This document shows, piece by piece, positions 17,887-27,848 of a stretch of 64,000 nucleotides of DNA; the stretch's first letter is position 1; each line of letters opens with the position of its first letter. The stretch comes from a virus: positions 15,101-79,100 of IMG/VR virus record IMGVR_UViG_3300038701_002786. The stretch is one strand, 5' to 3'. The notes under the pieces are model-generated. The model worked only from the letters and a program-made list of their open reading frames with translations, was not told where the DNA came from and did no database searches. The position numbers and the translations under genes were made by a program.

Positions 17887-19337
17887 ACGTTGCTCGCGCT
17901 CATCAAAAACTTGGCATTATCTGAAGCATCCAGTGTTCGCAACATCTCGTGCGCAATCGCTTCTGCCGAATCAGGAGGCACAGCGTTACCAATTCGTTTG
18001 ACCCAATCCTGTTTGTTATTGCCACACAAGTCGACATCGGTGGGTAACGACTGGAGCGCCGCCAATTCCATGGGCGTCAATGGCCGATGCCACGTTCCGT
18101 CCAGCGCCCTGATAACCATCAACGAACGCTTGTGTGGGTTACTGAAATCCATCGCAGGACCGATGAGCACCACACCATCGTCAGCACGTACAAGGTGATG
18201 AGTGGGCTCGGGCCATCGACGTGCATCTGCAACTGAAACAGCACTATTGTCATGAGATGCAGCTGCGACAATCGTTCCAATATGTTCAGACCAACCAACT
18301 ACACCATAAGCGCCCGCTCTTGGCTTGCATGTAATCCTTGGGTCCGCTGTGTTTTGTCCATGGTAGGAGTTCGCACACGCAATGATCGTGTTCTGCGCCG
18401 AGTCCCAACCACTGACGCCCAATGCCCCTGCCTGTTGTTGATAGGCAATGCGAGGATCTGCAATTTGCATCCCGGTATTTTGAATACTAGCCCAGGCGAT
18501 GATGGCATGTACTTGCTCATCCCATCCCGTAACACCAAATCCCTCTTGTAACGCACAGGTGTATCGGGGATCGAGGGATTCTTCAGTTTCGATCACTGTC
18601 ACCCTCTCTGGCAAATCGCGCCAATCACCCCCAGCGGGGATCAAAGCAAGCCTCAGCCAATTCATCGGTGAAAGTTGTGTCAGAACATGCAACCGGTTGC
18701 CACTATCATCCCACGGGCCAGGCACAGGATGATGGCCAATCACATCACCAACGCCCTTCATTGCCCTCCTGGGGGGTTCGTAGAGGTACTCTGGTGTACT
18801 CGCCATGTGGCGCGCCACACCGAGGAATCTGCGCCGATTCTGAGCCAACCCGCCAAGTTCTCCGCAGTTGTGTGTGGATTGACGCCACGCATACCCATAG
18901 TTGGCCATTAACAACTTGATCTCTTCGAGCCACTTACGACCACGAGACAAGATCTTCGGCACGTTTTCCATAATGATCAGTCTTGGTGGGTTGTCAGGCC
19001 ACGCCTCAAGAGCCAGCCATATCCCCCGTTCGGCCCATGCGCACATTTCGACATACTTGTCTGTTTTGGCCAAGGCTTCGGGCAGACAACCTGAGAAGCC
19101 CTTACATGGAGGACTTGTAAAGACAACATCAGGCGCTTGCTCTCCGAAAATTCGGACGAGGTCTTGGGGCTGCGCTGTACCCAAGTCCAACACATGAGCC
19201 TCATGGCCCGTAATGCGCTTGTAATCAGCAACAGCTGATGGATCAAAATCGATCCCTACAGTGTCGAACCCGGCCCGAGCAAAACCCAACGAACCGCCAC
19301 CCAGGCCACAAAACAAACTCAAGCAGCGCCGTTGCAT
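17853..19337 (-). CDS. dcm: DNA (cytosine-5)-methyltransferase
   Basis: LFCGLGG (motif I), SPPCKGFS (IV), MENVP (VI), QNRRR (VIII), RPLT (IX), IGNAVPP (X). Confidence 0.93.
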   Translation of the reverse strand: MQRRCLSLFCGLGGGSLGFARAGFDTVGIDFDPSAVADYKRITGHEAHVLDLGTAQPQDLVRIFGEQAPDVVFTSPPCKGFSGCLPEALAKTDKYVEMCAWAERGIWLALEAWPDNPPRLIIMENVPKILSRGRKWLEEIKLLMANYGYAWRQSTHNCGELGGLAQNRRRFLGVARHMASTPEYLYEPPRRAMKGVGDVIGHHPVPGPWDDSGNRLHVLTQLSPMNWLRLALIPAGGDWRDLPERVTVIETEESLDPRYTCALQEGFGVTGWDEQVHAIIAWASIQNTGMQIADPRIAYQQQAGALGVSGWDSAQNTIIACANSYHGQNTADPRITCKPRAGAYGVVGWSEHIGTIVAAASHDNSAVSVADARRWPEPTHHLVRADDGVVLIGPAMDFSNPHKRSLMVIRALDGTWHRPLTPMELAALQSLPTDVDLCGNNKQDWVKRIGNAVPPDSAEAIAHEMLRTLDASDNAKFLMSASNVWVDQQVGRLM

Positions 19338-20314
19338 GTGAACTCCTGAAGCAAACCTTTGACTGTTTCGTAGCGAATTTCTGCATCATGCAATTTGCTT
19401 TCGAGGCGTTCTTTTTCTATGAGCAAGGAAGCGTATTGATGCAAACGATCGCATACCGACATGGTTACAATGTCCAGAGACTTCTCGTCCAAATGACCAA
19501 CTTTGGCGATTTTTTCGAGATACACCGCCCAACCACCAACAGCCTCCACTGCGGCTTTGACATTCGTTGTGCCGGTCAAATTCAACAAAACGCTCAAGGC
19601 TTCACTTGCCTCTCGAATCAACTTTTTCTTTTTCAACTTCGGTACGCCGAATGACTCAGATAAACGCTGCCATTGCTTACGATATGTATCATTGGATGCT
19701 TTGAGTGCCTTGACCTCATCAACCAATTGTTTGTCAGATTCAGCACATTGAAGGATGTGAGCGAGTTGCTTCCGTAGAACTCCATTTGGACGCAGCACGT
19801 CCAAAGCCAATCTTGGCGGCACAAGAGTAACAAACGTTTGGCCCATCTTTATTACGCTCAATTTGAGTCGCACAATGTTCATGGCAGCATGAGGATGAAG
19901 GCCCAAAGCGATTTTGATTTCGCAAAGGTCAGCCTCCTGTTGACGTGCACTTTTCTCAACCTCCCGAACCTGTTCTTTGTACTCGTCACGTTTACCGATG
20001 ACTTCTTTGGCTTTTCTCACCAACCCCTCCCTCAGTGCAACTGTCCCAAGAGCACTAGCCACATCAGAGAGACACTCCTCTGACTTGCAAAGCTCAACAG
20101 CCAGGTCTCCAAGGCGCTCGTGAATACGGGGCACATCAGGTTCACGCGTCCAATCGTTTGTCACTGGAAACCACTGTTTACCTTCAATTTCCTTGGCATA
20201 AAAAATCAATTCGTCGCCATCATTATGATACGCAACCACCTCGTACAAGGCGGTATCCTTAGAGCTTTCTGGTCGGCGGAGAACATCTCCAATTCTTGGT
20301 GTTCGTTCAAGCAT
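19319..20314 (-). CDS. Hypothetical coiled-coil protein
   Basis: 331-aa ORF; RIGDVL..LYEVV N-terminus then heptad-rich. Confidence 0.6.
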   Translation of the reverse strand: MLERTPRIGDVLRRPESSKDTALYEVVAYHNDGDELIFYAKEIEGKQWFPVTNDWTREPDVPRIHERLGDLAVELCKSEECLSDVASALGTVALREGLVRKAKEVIGKRDEYKEQVREVEKSARQQEADLCEIKIALGLHPHAAMNIVRLKLSVIKMGQTFVTLVPPRLALDVLRPNGVLRKQLAHILQCAESDKQLVDEVKALKASNDTYRKQWQRLSESFGVPKLKKKKLIREASEALSVLLNLTGTTNVKAAVEAVGGWAVYLEKIAKVGHLDEKSLDIVTMSVCDRLHQYASLLIEKERLESKLHDAEIRYETVKGLLQEFTCNGAA

Positions 20315-20323
20315 AGTCTGGTC

Positions 20324-20671
20324 CTATTGATTTTGAGATTTGATGGCTTTGATTGCATAATTGACGATAGAAAACGGACTTTGAAAGCGACTATAGGGCA
20401 CAACTTTTTTCAAACGCTTGTATGCCATTCTAATGAAAAAAGAACCTTTAGACCCATTAGCCTTCAGCGCTTGATTCGCCAATGTCTCTGCGTTGTGTAC
20501 CAATCGTTCTTGCACCCAGTTTTCGCCAACTATACGAACTCTGAATGTGTCTTGAGAAATCAGAACATACTCGATTTCATCCTTTTGATTTTTGCTTCGA
20601 TGAACGATCTCGAAGCGCTCAAGATTATCACCAACGAAAACATCGCCAGGTAAAAAAATTTGAGGTTTCAA
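20324..20671 (-). CDS. Hypothetical protein
   Basis: FLPGDVF..FEIV N-terminus. Confidence 0.55.
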   Translation of the reverse strand: MKPQIFLPGDVFVGDNLERFEIVHRSKNQKDEIEYVLISQDTFRVRIVGENWVQERLVHNAETLANQALKANGSKGSFFIRMAYKRLKKVVPYSRFQSPFSIVNYAIKAIKSQNQ

Positions 20672-20700
20672 TGTATTAGCCTTGTTGTAAGTTTTATGGT

Positions 20701-20931
20701 CTAGCCTTCAAACTTCTGGCCGCCAAAAAACTTGGCAGCCAGAGCCATATCACTATCACTGGGGTGGATTGGCTCAAGCTCAACAAAGCCAGAGATCTTG
20801 CGAGCCTCTTCTGGTGTCAACGCGCCAGAACCTTCACATGTGTCGCAGTCACTTTGCGCCACAAAGCCCTGCCCATTGCAATGTTTGCATACGACAAAAT
20901 CCATGGGTGTCTCCTGTGGTATTGGACCCAA
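20701..20931 (-). CDS. Small DnaJ-type zinc-finger protein
   Basis: CKHCNGQG...CDTCEGSG. Confidence 0.6.
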   Translation of the reverse strand: MGPIPQETPMDFVVCKHCNGQGFVAQSDCDTCEGSGALTPEEARKISGFVELEPIHPSDSDMALAAKFFGGQKFEG

Positions 20932-20961
20932 TTTTGTACAAGATCAACATCTTGTGTGTGT

Positions 20962-21002
20962 TTGATGACAATGAGTCTATATATAAAACTCATTGTCATC
21001 AA
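20962..21002 (-). promoter_or_regulatory. sigma70-like promoter TTGATG-17-TAGACT with extended motif B operator
   Basis: 15-bp perfect arms TTGATGACAATGAGT / ACTCATTGTCATCAA; -35 at 21002-20997, -10 at 20979-20974. Confidence 0.8.
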
Positions 21003-21039
21003 GTCCAATATTTTGACTTTTCAACCCTGAAGCCATTCA

Positions 21040-21092
21040 AACAATAAAATAACGAGCAACGCCGCGAACAAATAGAACGCGGCGTTGCTCGT
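21040..21092 (-). terminator. Rho-independent terminator after nrdJ
   Basis: 15-bp stem ACGAGCAACGCCGCG / CGCGGCGTTGCTCGT (21052-21092) followed on the minus strand by TATTTTATTGTTT. Confidence 0.85.
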
Positions 21093-21142
21093 CGTGGGCA
21101 CCTTATCACCAAGGTGCAAACTTCCTGCTATTTGATACGCCA

Positions 21143-23746
21143 TCAACCACATCCAGTACTTGCCCCACAATCATGGCACAAATAACAGGAACCGCTGGGA
21201 TAGGCCTGGCCACCACAGTTGGAGCACGACTGCATCGGCATCCCCACCTTTGCGGCAATAGTTCCCAAATTCGACACCTCCCGATGGGTGATGATACCAT
21301 CGGCTTTGTCGCCATCTCCCTTGGCGGTCAAAAAGGTGTTTTCAAGCCACTGAGCTACGAAATCAACAATTGAGGTGCAACTCTTGATCTCGCTATCCAC
21401 AATAAACCCTGAAGGCTCAAAGCGCTGAAACCGAGACTTTTCAACGATTGTTTGCAGTGGAACGCCATACTGCAACGCCAGCGAAACCATCTGGGACCAT
21501 TGATCCGCAAAACCTGATATCATGCTGCCTTGCTTCGAGAGCGTGATAAAGATCTCACCAGGAGTACCATCTTCATACAAACCAACATGGATGTAGCCCT
21601 CATGACCTTGAATATCAAACTTTTTCCGTATCGATCTTGTTTGGTTAGGTAACTTGCGTCTTGTTGGCACTTGCTCCCAAACAAGAGATATCACAGCCCC
21701 AGCGGCTCCTTTGATGTTGTCGAGTTCCTTTTTGACAACAGATTCGCCACCTTGATCTTCAAACTCCTCTAAGAGTTCCAGAGGCTGAGAGCCTTTGGAC
21801 CCATTCCGATACAGCGCAAGGCACTTGATGCCACTTTCCCAGGCATATAAAATGGCTTCTTTGATGTCTGCACGAGTAGCTGTTGTGGGCATGTTGATGG
21901 TTTTGCTGATTGCGCCTGAAACGAACGGTTGAAGTGCTGCCATCATATCAATATGGGCACGCCAACTTAAACAACGCTCTGACCCGAATGATGTATCAAA
22001 CACACTCAGATGCTCTTCAGATAAATACGGAGCCCCAACAACATGACCATGTTGCAACACGTAGCCAGCAATTGCCTCACGTTCGTCTTCGGGATACCCC
22101 AAGGCTTCCAGCCCCTTTTCAAAGACATGACACACGATCTTCTCATGGCCACCACCAACGAGTGTTTTCATTGTCACCAAACCGAGAGCAGGTTCGGCAC
22201 CTGTTGTATCACAATCCATCATGAAACTAATCGTGCCAGTCGGCGCGATAACCGTCATCTGCGCATTGCGAAGCATTGGATCTTGTTGATAGTCACCCAA
22301 AACTGCCACCCATGTCTTATGCAACAAATCTTGAGAATTCAACGCCTCAGACACCTCAAAGTGCTGTGACAGGATTCTTTCAACGTGTCCGCTGTTGTTT
22401 TGATAAGCGCCAAAAGAGCCAAGTTCTTTAGCCAAGTCATACGATGTGCTATATGCAAAACAGTGTATGTACGACATGAGTTTTTGGCCAAGACATCTTC
22501 CCTGTTCGCTGTCATATGGAACGCCCATCGACATCAACAGCGCTCCTAGGTTTGTCATACCCAGCCCAATTGTCCGATAACGTTTAGTTGTTTTGCCGAT
22601 TTGTTCCGTTGGATAATCAGCCATATCAACCAAAATATCTTGCATCACAAAAATATCGCGCACCTGACTATACAATTGCATACCATTTTCATACGTACCA
22701 TTGTCCAACAAATTACGCCAAAATATGGCATTCAAACTGGCCAGATTACATGCAGTATTGTTCAAAAAGAGGTATTCACTGCAGGGGTTCGAGGCATCAA
22801 TGTTACCGTCGGAAGCGCAGGTGTGCCATCGATTGATCGTGTCAGTAAATTGGACTCCAGGGTCACCACAAACCCAACACGCATCGGCGACCTCATCAAG
22901 CAAATATTGTGACTCCATCTGTTTATCCGTATATCGGATTGAGTGGTTGGCATTCTGAAAGTTGATCGAGTCGTATGCAGAATGCTCTTCAACAAATGAG
23001 TTCGAATACCCCTGACGCATCAACGCTTGGGCTTTCTTTTCCTCGATAGCTTTGCATTCGATAAATTCTTTGGCATCAGGATGCGAGGCGTCCAGGCAAA
23101 CCATTTTGGCGGCTCGACGTTTTTTGCCGCCACTTTTGATGGCGCCAGCGCTTGCATCAAATGCTCGCATGAACGAAACCACACCACTGGCACACCCACC
23201 ACCTGAGATGGGCGCTCCCTTGTGCCTGATATTGGACAGGTTGACCCCTGCACCACTGCCTTGCTTAAAGATAAACATCTCATCTCGTTGCAATTGACAG
23301 ATCGACTCCAGCGAATCTTCGACTTCATTGATAAAGCAAGCCGATGCTTGCTGAACCTTTTCCGGCGTCCCAATGTTAAACCAAACAGGTGAGTTAAACG
23401 CCCATTTTTGCTCCAACAGCGAACGAATCGTGCGCTCTCGAAACGACACACCATTCCTTTCCTCAAAGAACGATTGATACCCATTGGCACTGCCGTATTC
23501 CATGATCGCGTCGATGACCCGTTCAAAAACCTGGACGATGCTGTGTTCGCGCTCTTCTGTCTCCAACTGACCCCAAAAATATCGGGAGGCACAAATATTG
23601 ACAGCACGCTGGGACCAAGATGCGGGAAACAGCACGTCATCTTGTTCAAACGTGATTTGGCCAGTGGTATGATCTTTGATTTCCGCTCGGCGCAGTGCCA
23701 TTGGCACACCATAGGCGGTTTCCACTTGAATTGTGTCGATGCCCAT
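21143..23746 (-). CDS. nrdJ: Class II (adenosylcobalamin-dependent) ribonucleotide reductase with C-terminal TSCPD domain
   Basis: FNSPVWFN, SACF, KSGGKKRRAAKM, SNPCSE, CNLASLN, APTGTISF, ISKTIN, C-terminal CxxC zinc ribbon. Confidence 0.93.
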   Translation of the reverse strand: MGIDTIQVETAYGVPMALRRAEIKDHTTGQITFEQDDVLFPASWSQRAVNICASRYFWGQLETEEREHSIVQVFERVIDAIMEYGSANGYQSFFEERNGVSFRERTIRSLLEQKWAFNSPVWFNIGTPEKVQQASACFINEVEDSLESICQLQRDEMFIFKQGSGAGVNLSNIRHKGAPISGGGCASGVVSFMRAFDASAGAIKSGGKKRRAAKMVCLDASHPDAKEFIECKAIEEKKAQALMRQGYSNSFVEEHSAYDSINFQNANHSIRYTDKQMESQYLLDEVADACWVCGDPGVQFTDTINRWHTCASDGNIDASNPCSEYLFLNNTACNLASLNAIFWRNLLDNGTYENGMQLYSQVRDIFVMQDILVDMADYPTEQIGKTTKRYRTIGLGMTNLGALLMSMGVPYDSEQGRCLGQKLMSYIHCFAYSTSYDLAKELGSFGAYQNNSGHVERILSQHFEVSEALNSQDLLHKTWVAVLGDYQQDPMLRNAQMTVIAPTGTISFMMDCDTTGAEPALGLVTMKTLVGGGHEKIVCHVFEKGLEALGYPEDEREAIAGYVLQHGHVVGAPYLSEEHLSVFDTSFGSERCLSWRAHIDMMAALQPFVSGAISKTINMPTTATRADIKEAILYAWESGIKCLALYRNGSKGSQPLELLEEFEDQGGESVVKKELDNIKGAAGAVISLVWEQVPTRRKLPNQTRSIRKKFDIQGHEGYIHVGLYEDGTPGEIFITLSKQGSMISGFADQWSQMVSLALQYGVPLQTIVEKSRFQRFEPSGFIVDSEIKSCTSIVDFVAQWLENTFLTAKGDGDKADGIITHREVSNLGTIAAKVGMPMQSCSNCGGQAYPSGSCYLCHDCGASTGCG

Positions 23747-23764
23747 ATCGACTCCTATTTTTTA

Positions 23765-23782
23765 AGGTGTAAACAGTTTACA
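23765..23782. promoter_or_regulatory. Palindrome motif A (AGGTGTAAAC-A-GTTTACA)
   Basis: Core TGTAAAC-A-GTTTACA just upstream of the nrdJ SD. Confidence 0.75.
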
Positions 23783-23842
23783 GGACAAAACACTCAGTGC
23801 CAGATCTGACTCAACGATGTTTTGCTCTAAGTATTGAAACCA

Positions 23843-23867
23843 TATGATTCCACATTTGAGACTCATT
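23843..23867. promoter_or_regulatory. Motif B operator (degenerate copy)
   Basis: TATGATTCC-ACATTTG-AGACTCATT, overlapping the stop of the DUF5131 gene. Confidence 0.6.
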
Positions 23868-24771
23868 TGAAAGGGAATTCGTGCCGACGCAAATGTATGG
23901 GTATACAGCCAGAACCATTTCCTTGTTGCCCTATCGTCTTTGCATAAACGCTGCCCATTTGCTTTGTAAAACATGCAACACCGTGTTGCTCACAGTCAGT
24001 GACTATCTGTTCCATCCACTCAACTTCCATCGGACGCGCACCCTTTTGAGATTCACCACCGACAATAACCCAGTCAAGTGCAGGCAACCCGTTGGTATAG
24101 GGATTAAGTGCTGAGTAAGGAGTCCCGTTGGAGGTAGCAACACCAAGCAAATCCACAGGCCCAATCAAAGGTTCACATGAAACAAACCGTGTGTGTGCAG
24201 GACAGTGTAACAATGCCTCAATCCGATGGGTGGCCTTTTGGTCCTCCACGCTTGTACCCAACCAGATATTTTGCCCAAATGAATCAACCAAAGAAGGATG
24301 GAGTTTAGGTGCTTTGAAACCGGAGATGCCACGAGCAAACGCCCAACACAATTCAACCATCGAAAGATCACTTTGAGCACACAGGTCGTCGAGCCAGCAA
24401 TAGAACTGCAATGCACGAAATGGTCGCTTCGTCAGCACCTGAAAGGTATGTCGAGGTGCCGCGCACATGATTCCATAAACAGCTGCAATCTGCTCAAACT
24501 CAAAAACTTCAAAAAACAAATCACTCATTGAGTTTACGAAAATCTTTTGCGGCGCCTTGCGGGTGAGCGGTTCATGTAATTTCGATTCAACAAACAAACC
24601 ATTTCCTGTCCATTTCCCATTTTCAGTCATGCCCTGGAATGGACCTGATTCATGGTTAAATCGACTCGCTGTTTTCTCGGCGTAACAGTTGACACATCCC
24701 TGAGAAACGCGCCGACAACCCCTCATTGGGTTCCATGTCGAATCGGTCCATTCAATTTTTGTTTTTTGCAT
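23863..24771 (-). CDS. Phage Gp37/Gp68-family protein (DUF5131, radical-SAM-like Cys motif)
   Basis: TKIEWTDSTWNP, GCRRVSQGCVNCYA, FVNSMSDLF, FQVLTKR, WLGTSVE, SCEPL, WVIVGGES. Confidence 0.9.
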   Translation of the reverse strand: MQKTKIEWTDSTWNPMRGCRRVSQGCVNCYAEKTASRFNHESGPFQGMTENGKWTGNGLFVESKLHEPLTRKAPQKIFVNSMSDLFFEVFEFEQIAAVYGIMCAAPRHTFQVLTKRPFRALQFYCWLDDLCAQSDLSMVELCWAFARGISGFKAPKLHPSLVDSFGQNIWLGTSVEDQKATHRIEALLHCPAHTRFVSCEPLIGPVDLLGVATSNGTPYSALNPYTNGLPALDWVIVGGESQKGARPMEVEWMEQIVTDCEQHGVACFTKQMGSVYAKTIGQQGNGSGCIPIHLRRHEFPFK

Positions 24772-24911
24772 AGAAATCTCCTTCTTTTGGTTGTTATCGG
24801 GCAACCCCAAAAAATGTTGCGCGTAAAACATCAGCATGCGTTAGGCAATCTTTTGTTTGCCAATGCGCTGGTTTGTAAGTTTTTTGGTTTTTCTGTCTGG
24901 CTTGGATGTAT

Positions 24912-24988
24912 TTGAACAAAGTCTTAAACTTTGTTCAAGGGTATTTTCACCAATCTTCTTGATCAAGGCTATCTATTAGATTTATGAT
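24912..24988. promoter_or_regulatory. Divergent promoter pair plus operator-like palindrome
   Basis: Leftward TTGATC-17-TACCCT; rightward TTGATC-18-TATGAT, sharing TTGATCAA at 24959-24966; TTGAACAAAG-N7-CTTTGTTCAA at 24912-24938. Confidence 0.6.
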
Positions 24989-25114
24989 CGGAAAATGATC
25001 TAAGATGTAAATATGTTCAGTATATATAAGCATGCAAGCAATGAAAACGAAATGAACTTTGAACAATTCATATGATTCGTGCCATGCTATGCACACTCAA
25101 CGGAGATATTATCC

Positions 25115-25402
25115 ATGGATTGGAACGCTCAAATTGAACCATTGACCCACGTGGAACGTCAAACAATCATTGATGCCATTCTTGCTTTTTGTCGCGCACA
25201 CAATTTGACTGATGCAGCAATAGCTCAAGCTGTTGACCTGTCAAAAGCGTCGATCTCAACGGCGAGAAACAGCAAGAAGCCCTCGCAAACGACGATCATT
25301 AAACTGTGTCAATTGTTCGAAATACGGTTTGCCTCCACTGTGGCGTGGTATCGCTGGTACGAAGCATACAAGGACGTTATTGGAACCGAGCCTGAATTAT
25401 GA
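25115..25402 (+). CDS. XRE/Cro-family HTH transcriptional regulator
   Basis: TDAAIAQAVDLSKASISTARN...PSQTTIIKLCQLF; first gene right of the divergent promoters. Confidence 0.75.
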   Translation: MDWNAQIEPLTHVERQTIIDAILAFCRAHNLTDAAIAQAVDLSKASISTARNSKKPSQTTIIKLCQLFEIRFASTVAWYRWYEAYKDVIGTEPEL

Positions 25403-26196
25403 CCAAAGAAGCTATTGTAATCACCATTGCCACTCAAAAGGGCGGGGTTGGCAAAACTACCGCAGCTGTCAATATTGCACACGGTTTTGTGCTCCAAGGC
25501 AAGTCAGTGTTGTTGGTTGACCTCGACAGTCAGGGCAACGCTACATTCTATTACGGAGTCGATGACCACAGGCATGGGAAAGACCTCCATGAGGCAATTA
25601 TTTGGGAGGAATTGGGTTTTGAAGATGAACCGCCACCAACATCACCAAGGATCGTCCAAACTGATTTTGGCGTCGACATCATGCCTGGTGGTGCATTTCT
25701 TGCCAAAACAGAAGCCCACCTGCATTCAATGCAATTTAACGCCCAGCAACTCGATCTGATTATCGAAAGAGAGTCGTTGCGCGAAAAATATGATTACATC
25801 ATCTTCGATACAGCTCCATCACTCGGGCCAATGACTTTCAATGCCTTTGTAGCCTCTGACCGCGTGATCATCGCGATCAATTGCGATGCCGCCAGTATCC
25901 TCGGGATGAAGCAAACCATGCGAACGATGAAGAGGGCCAAAGATGCAATGAATCAAAGCCTGAGTCTCTGGGGGATTTTACCCTCCGAATATGACGTGAG
26001 GAACAATCTGGATGTGCAAATCCTGGAGCAAGTACAAGCCTCATACCCCAACCACGTGTTGCCCCTGATCAGAAAAAACATTAAGGTGAGAGAATCTGTA
26101 TCGTTCCAAATGCCTGTTGTGGCCTATGACAAGAATTGTTCTGGCGCGCAGGACTATACAGCCCTTACCAAACATCTGCACGACATGGAGCAATAA
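25399..26196 (+). CDS. parA: ParA-family partition ATPase
   Basis: QKGGVGKTT deviant Walker A, LVDLDSQGNAT, YDYIIFDTAPSLG. Confidence 0.93.
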   Translation: MTKEAIVITIATQKGGVGKTTAAVNIAHGFVLQGKSVLLVDLDSQGNATFYYGVDDHRHGKDLHEAIIWEELGFEDEPPPTSPRIVQTDFGVDIMPGGAFLAKTEAHLHSMQFNAQQLDLIIERESLREKYDYIIFDTAPSLGPMTFNAFVASDRVIIAINCDAASILGMKQTMRTMKRAKDAMNQSLSLWGILPSEYDVRNNLDVQILEQVQASYPNHVLPLIRKNIKVRESVSFQMPVVAYDKNCSGAQDYTALTKHLHDMEQ

Positions 26197-27405
26197 ATGG
26201 CGACACGCAAAATTCGTAAAGCCACCCCTGACAACTTCGTTTCCTCAACTGAGGAGACGGATGAAGTTTTTGACGCGATCACTGGCACACCCAAAGGCGA
26301 AGTGTTCAAGGAAGAACCTCTCGCACTGCACACATTAACTATGAGCAGCTTAACCCAACCCCGTGTACAGTTGCGACAGGATGTTATTGATGATTACGCT
26401 GGCAAGATGCACAAAGAACGAGGGCGTACAGGTTGGGTGATTAACCCAATGACGAAGAAACGATGGGAACCGATCGTTGTGTTCACCGATGGCGACAGTT
26501 TCTGGCTGGCTGATGGATACCATCGAGTTAAAGCAGCTCAAAAACGTGGCCTGCAATTGTTCCAAGCCAAATTCAGAAAAGGAACCAAATTTGATGCTTT
26601 TAAATTTTCATTGAGCGTCAATGAAAACCACGGGCTCAAAAGGTCAAAGGGCGATCAAGCGCATATTGCCCGCAAAGCATTGCTCGACCCACATCTGCGT
26701 CGGCTCTCCAGCAGAGAATTGGGCGACCTCACGTTGATGTCGCACACCTATATTTTAAAAATCAAAAAACAAATGATCGCCGATGGACTCATTCCTGACG
26801 ATGAGACTGTCAAGGGTGGAGACGGCAAAATTTACCCTGCAACAGTCCCCCAGGAACCGACACAGCCAATGGTGCGCAAAGCCGGTAGCAAAGAACTCCC
26901 TGGGGCAACTGAAGAACCCAGGGTGCAAAAGATTGATAGTTCTGGGGGCGATGAAGGCATCGTTGAAGTAAACGTCGAAGAACAGGAAATCGAGTCGACA
27001 AGAACATGGCGCGAAGAACTGGAGACTGTTGCTGATAATATCATCAGTTTTGATGAAGCCGATGATACGCACTGGGCGGTTGAATGCGCAATTGTCGTAC
27101 CGAAAGAAGATAAACAATGGTCCTGGGCGATCGAACATGGCACCAAACTGGAAGGGGCAGATGCGATTTTGCTCATTCCCATGCCACCAAGTCATCTGTT
27201 GTTGGATTTCATGTTGCGTGTAGATCGAGAACAACGAATGAACAACGCGTACAGCCATGTCCATTATTGTATCGTGGGACGCGAAAGTTGGCTGGTGTTG
27301 TCCAAGACAGATATAGACGGCGCCAAGTTTTATGCAGATTTTGATGATCTATTGGCTGCCGTGGGGATAGCGGCCTATCGAACTGTGGAGATAAGAACGA
27401 AATGA
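26197..27405 (+). CDS. ParB/Srx N-terminal domain protein with HTH
   Basis: PIVV..LADGYHRVKAA..N..HG..R; directly follows parA. Confidence 0.75.
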   Translation: MATRKIRKATPDNFVSSTEETDEVFDAITGTPKGEVFKEEPLALHTLTMSSLTQPRVQLRQDVIDDYAGKMHKERGRTGWVINPMTKKRWEPIVVFTDGDSFWLADGYHRVKAAQKRGLQLFQAKFRKGTKFDAFKFSLSVNENHGLKRSKGDQAHIARKALLDPHLRRLSSRELGDLTLMSHTYILKIKKQMIADGLIPDDETVKGGDGKIYPATVPQEPTQPMVRKAGSKELPGATEEPRVQKIDSSGGDEGIVEVNVEEQEIESTRTWREELETVADNIISFDEADDTHWAVECAIVVPKEDKQWSWAIEHGTKLEGADAILLIPMPPSHLLLDFMLRVDREQRMNNAYSHVHYCIVGRESWLVLSKTDIDGAKFYADFDDLLAAVGIAAYRTVEIRTK

Positions 27406-27848
27406 TGGAGATATTCATGGATGACAAGAAAAAAGAATCGCCATTGGGAGTTGGTTATGCTTCCAATGACGATTCCGGTAAAACCTACGTTTTGCGTGCC
27501 TCAGACGATATCCTAAAGCAATGGTATCGTCAAGTTATAACTGATCTGAGCCTAAGTGGGCATGCGGGCCGGATTTTGATCGCATGGAGCGTAGTTTCAA
27601 TGCACGATGATGGTACGATAAGACCAATACATCCCGATTTTTATGACAACTTCAATAAAAACGGGGAGTTAACACAGCCCGGTGCAATCAACATAACAAA
27701 GAGCACCTACTACAATTATCTCAAAGAAGCCCGAGACTCAAAACACGTTCGGAAAATTGGCGAATTCGATGTAGAGTTGTCTCGCTTTGATCAGAAGACC
27801 GACACTAAATCATATGATATCTACGAATTGGTTTTGTTCGGCGAATAG
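27402..27848 (+). CDS. Hypothetical protein (possible winged helix)
   Basis: Co-oriented ORF with overlapping junctions. Confidence 0.55.
   Translation: MMEIFMDDKKKESPLGVGYASNDDSGKTYVLRASDDILKQWYRQVITDLSLSGHAGRILIAWSVVSMHDDGTIRPIHPDFYDNFNKNGELTQPGAINITKSTYYNYLKEARDSKHVRKIGEFDVELSRFDQKTDTKSYDIYELVLFGE

Noticed and set aside
21143-23746. Intein or intron in nrdJ (also checked by eye in DnaB and TerL)
   Set aside because: Lengths are normal; no C/S...HN-C/S/T splice junctions or LAGLIDADG/HNH inserts seen
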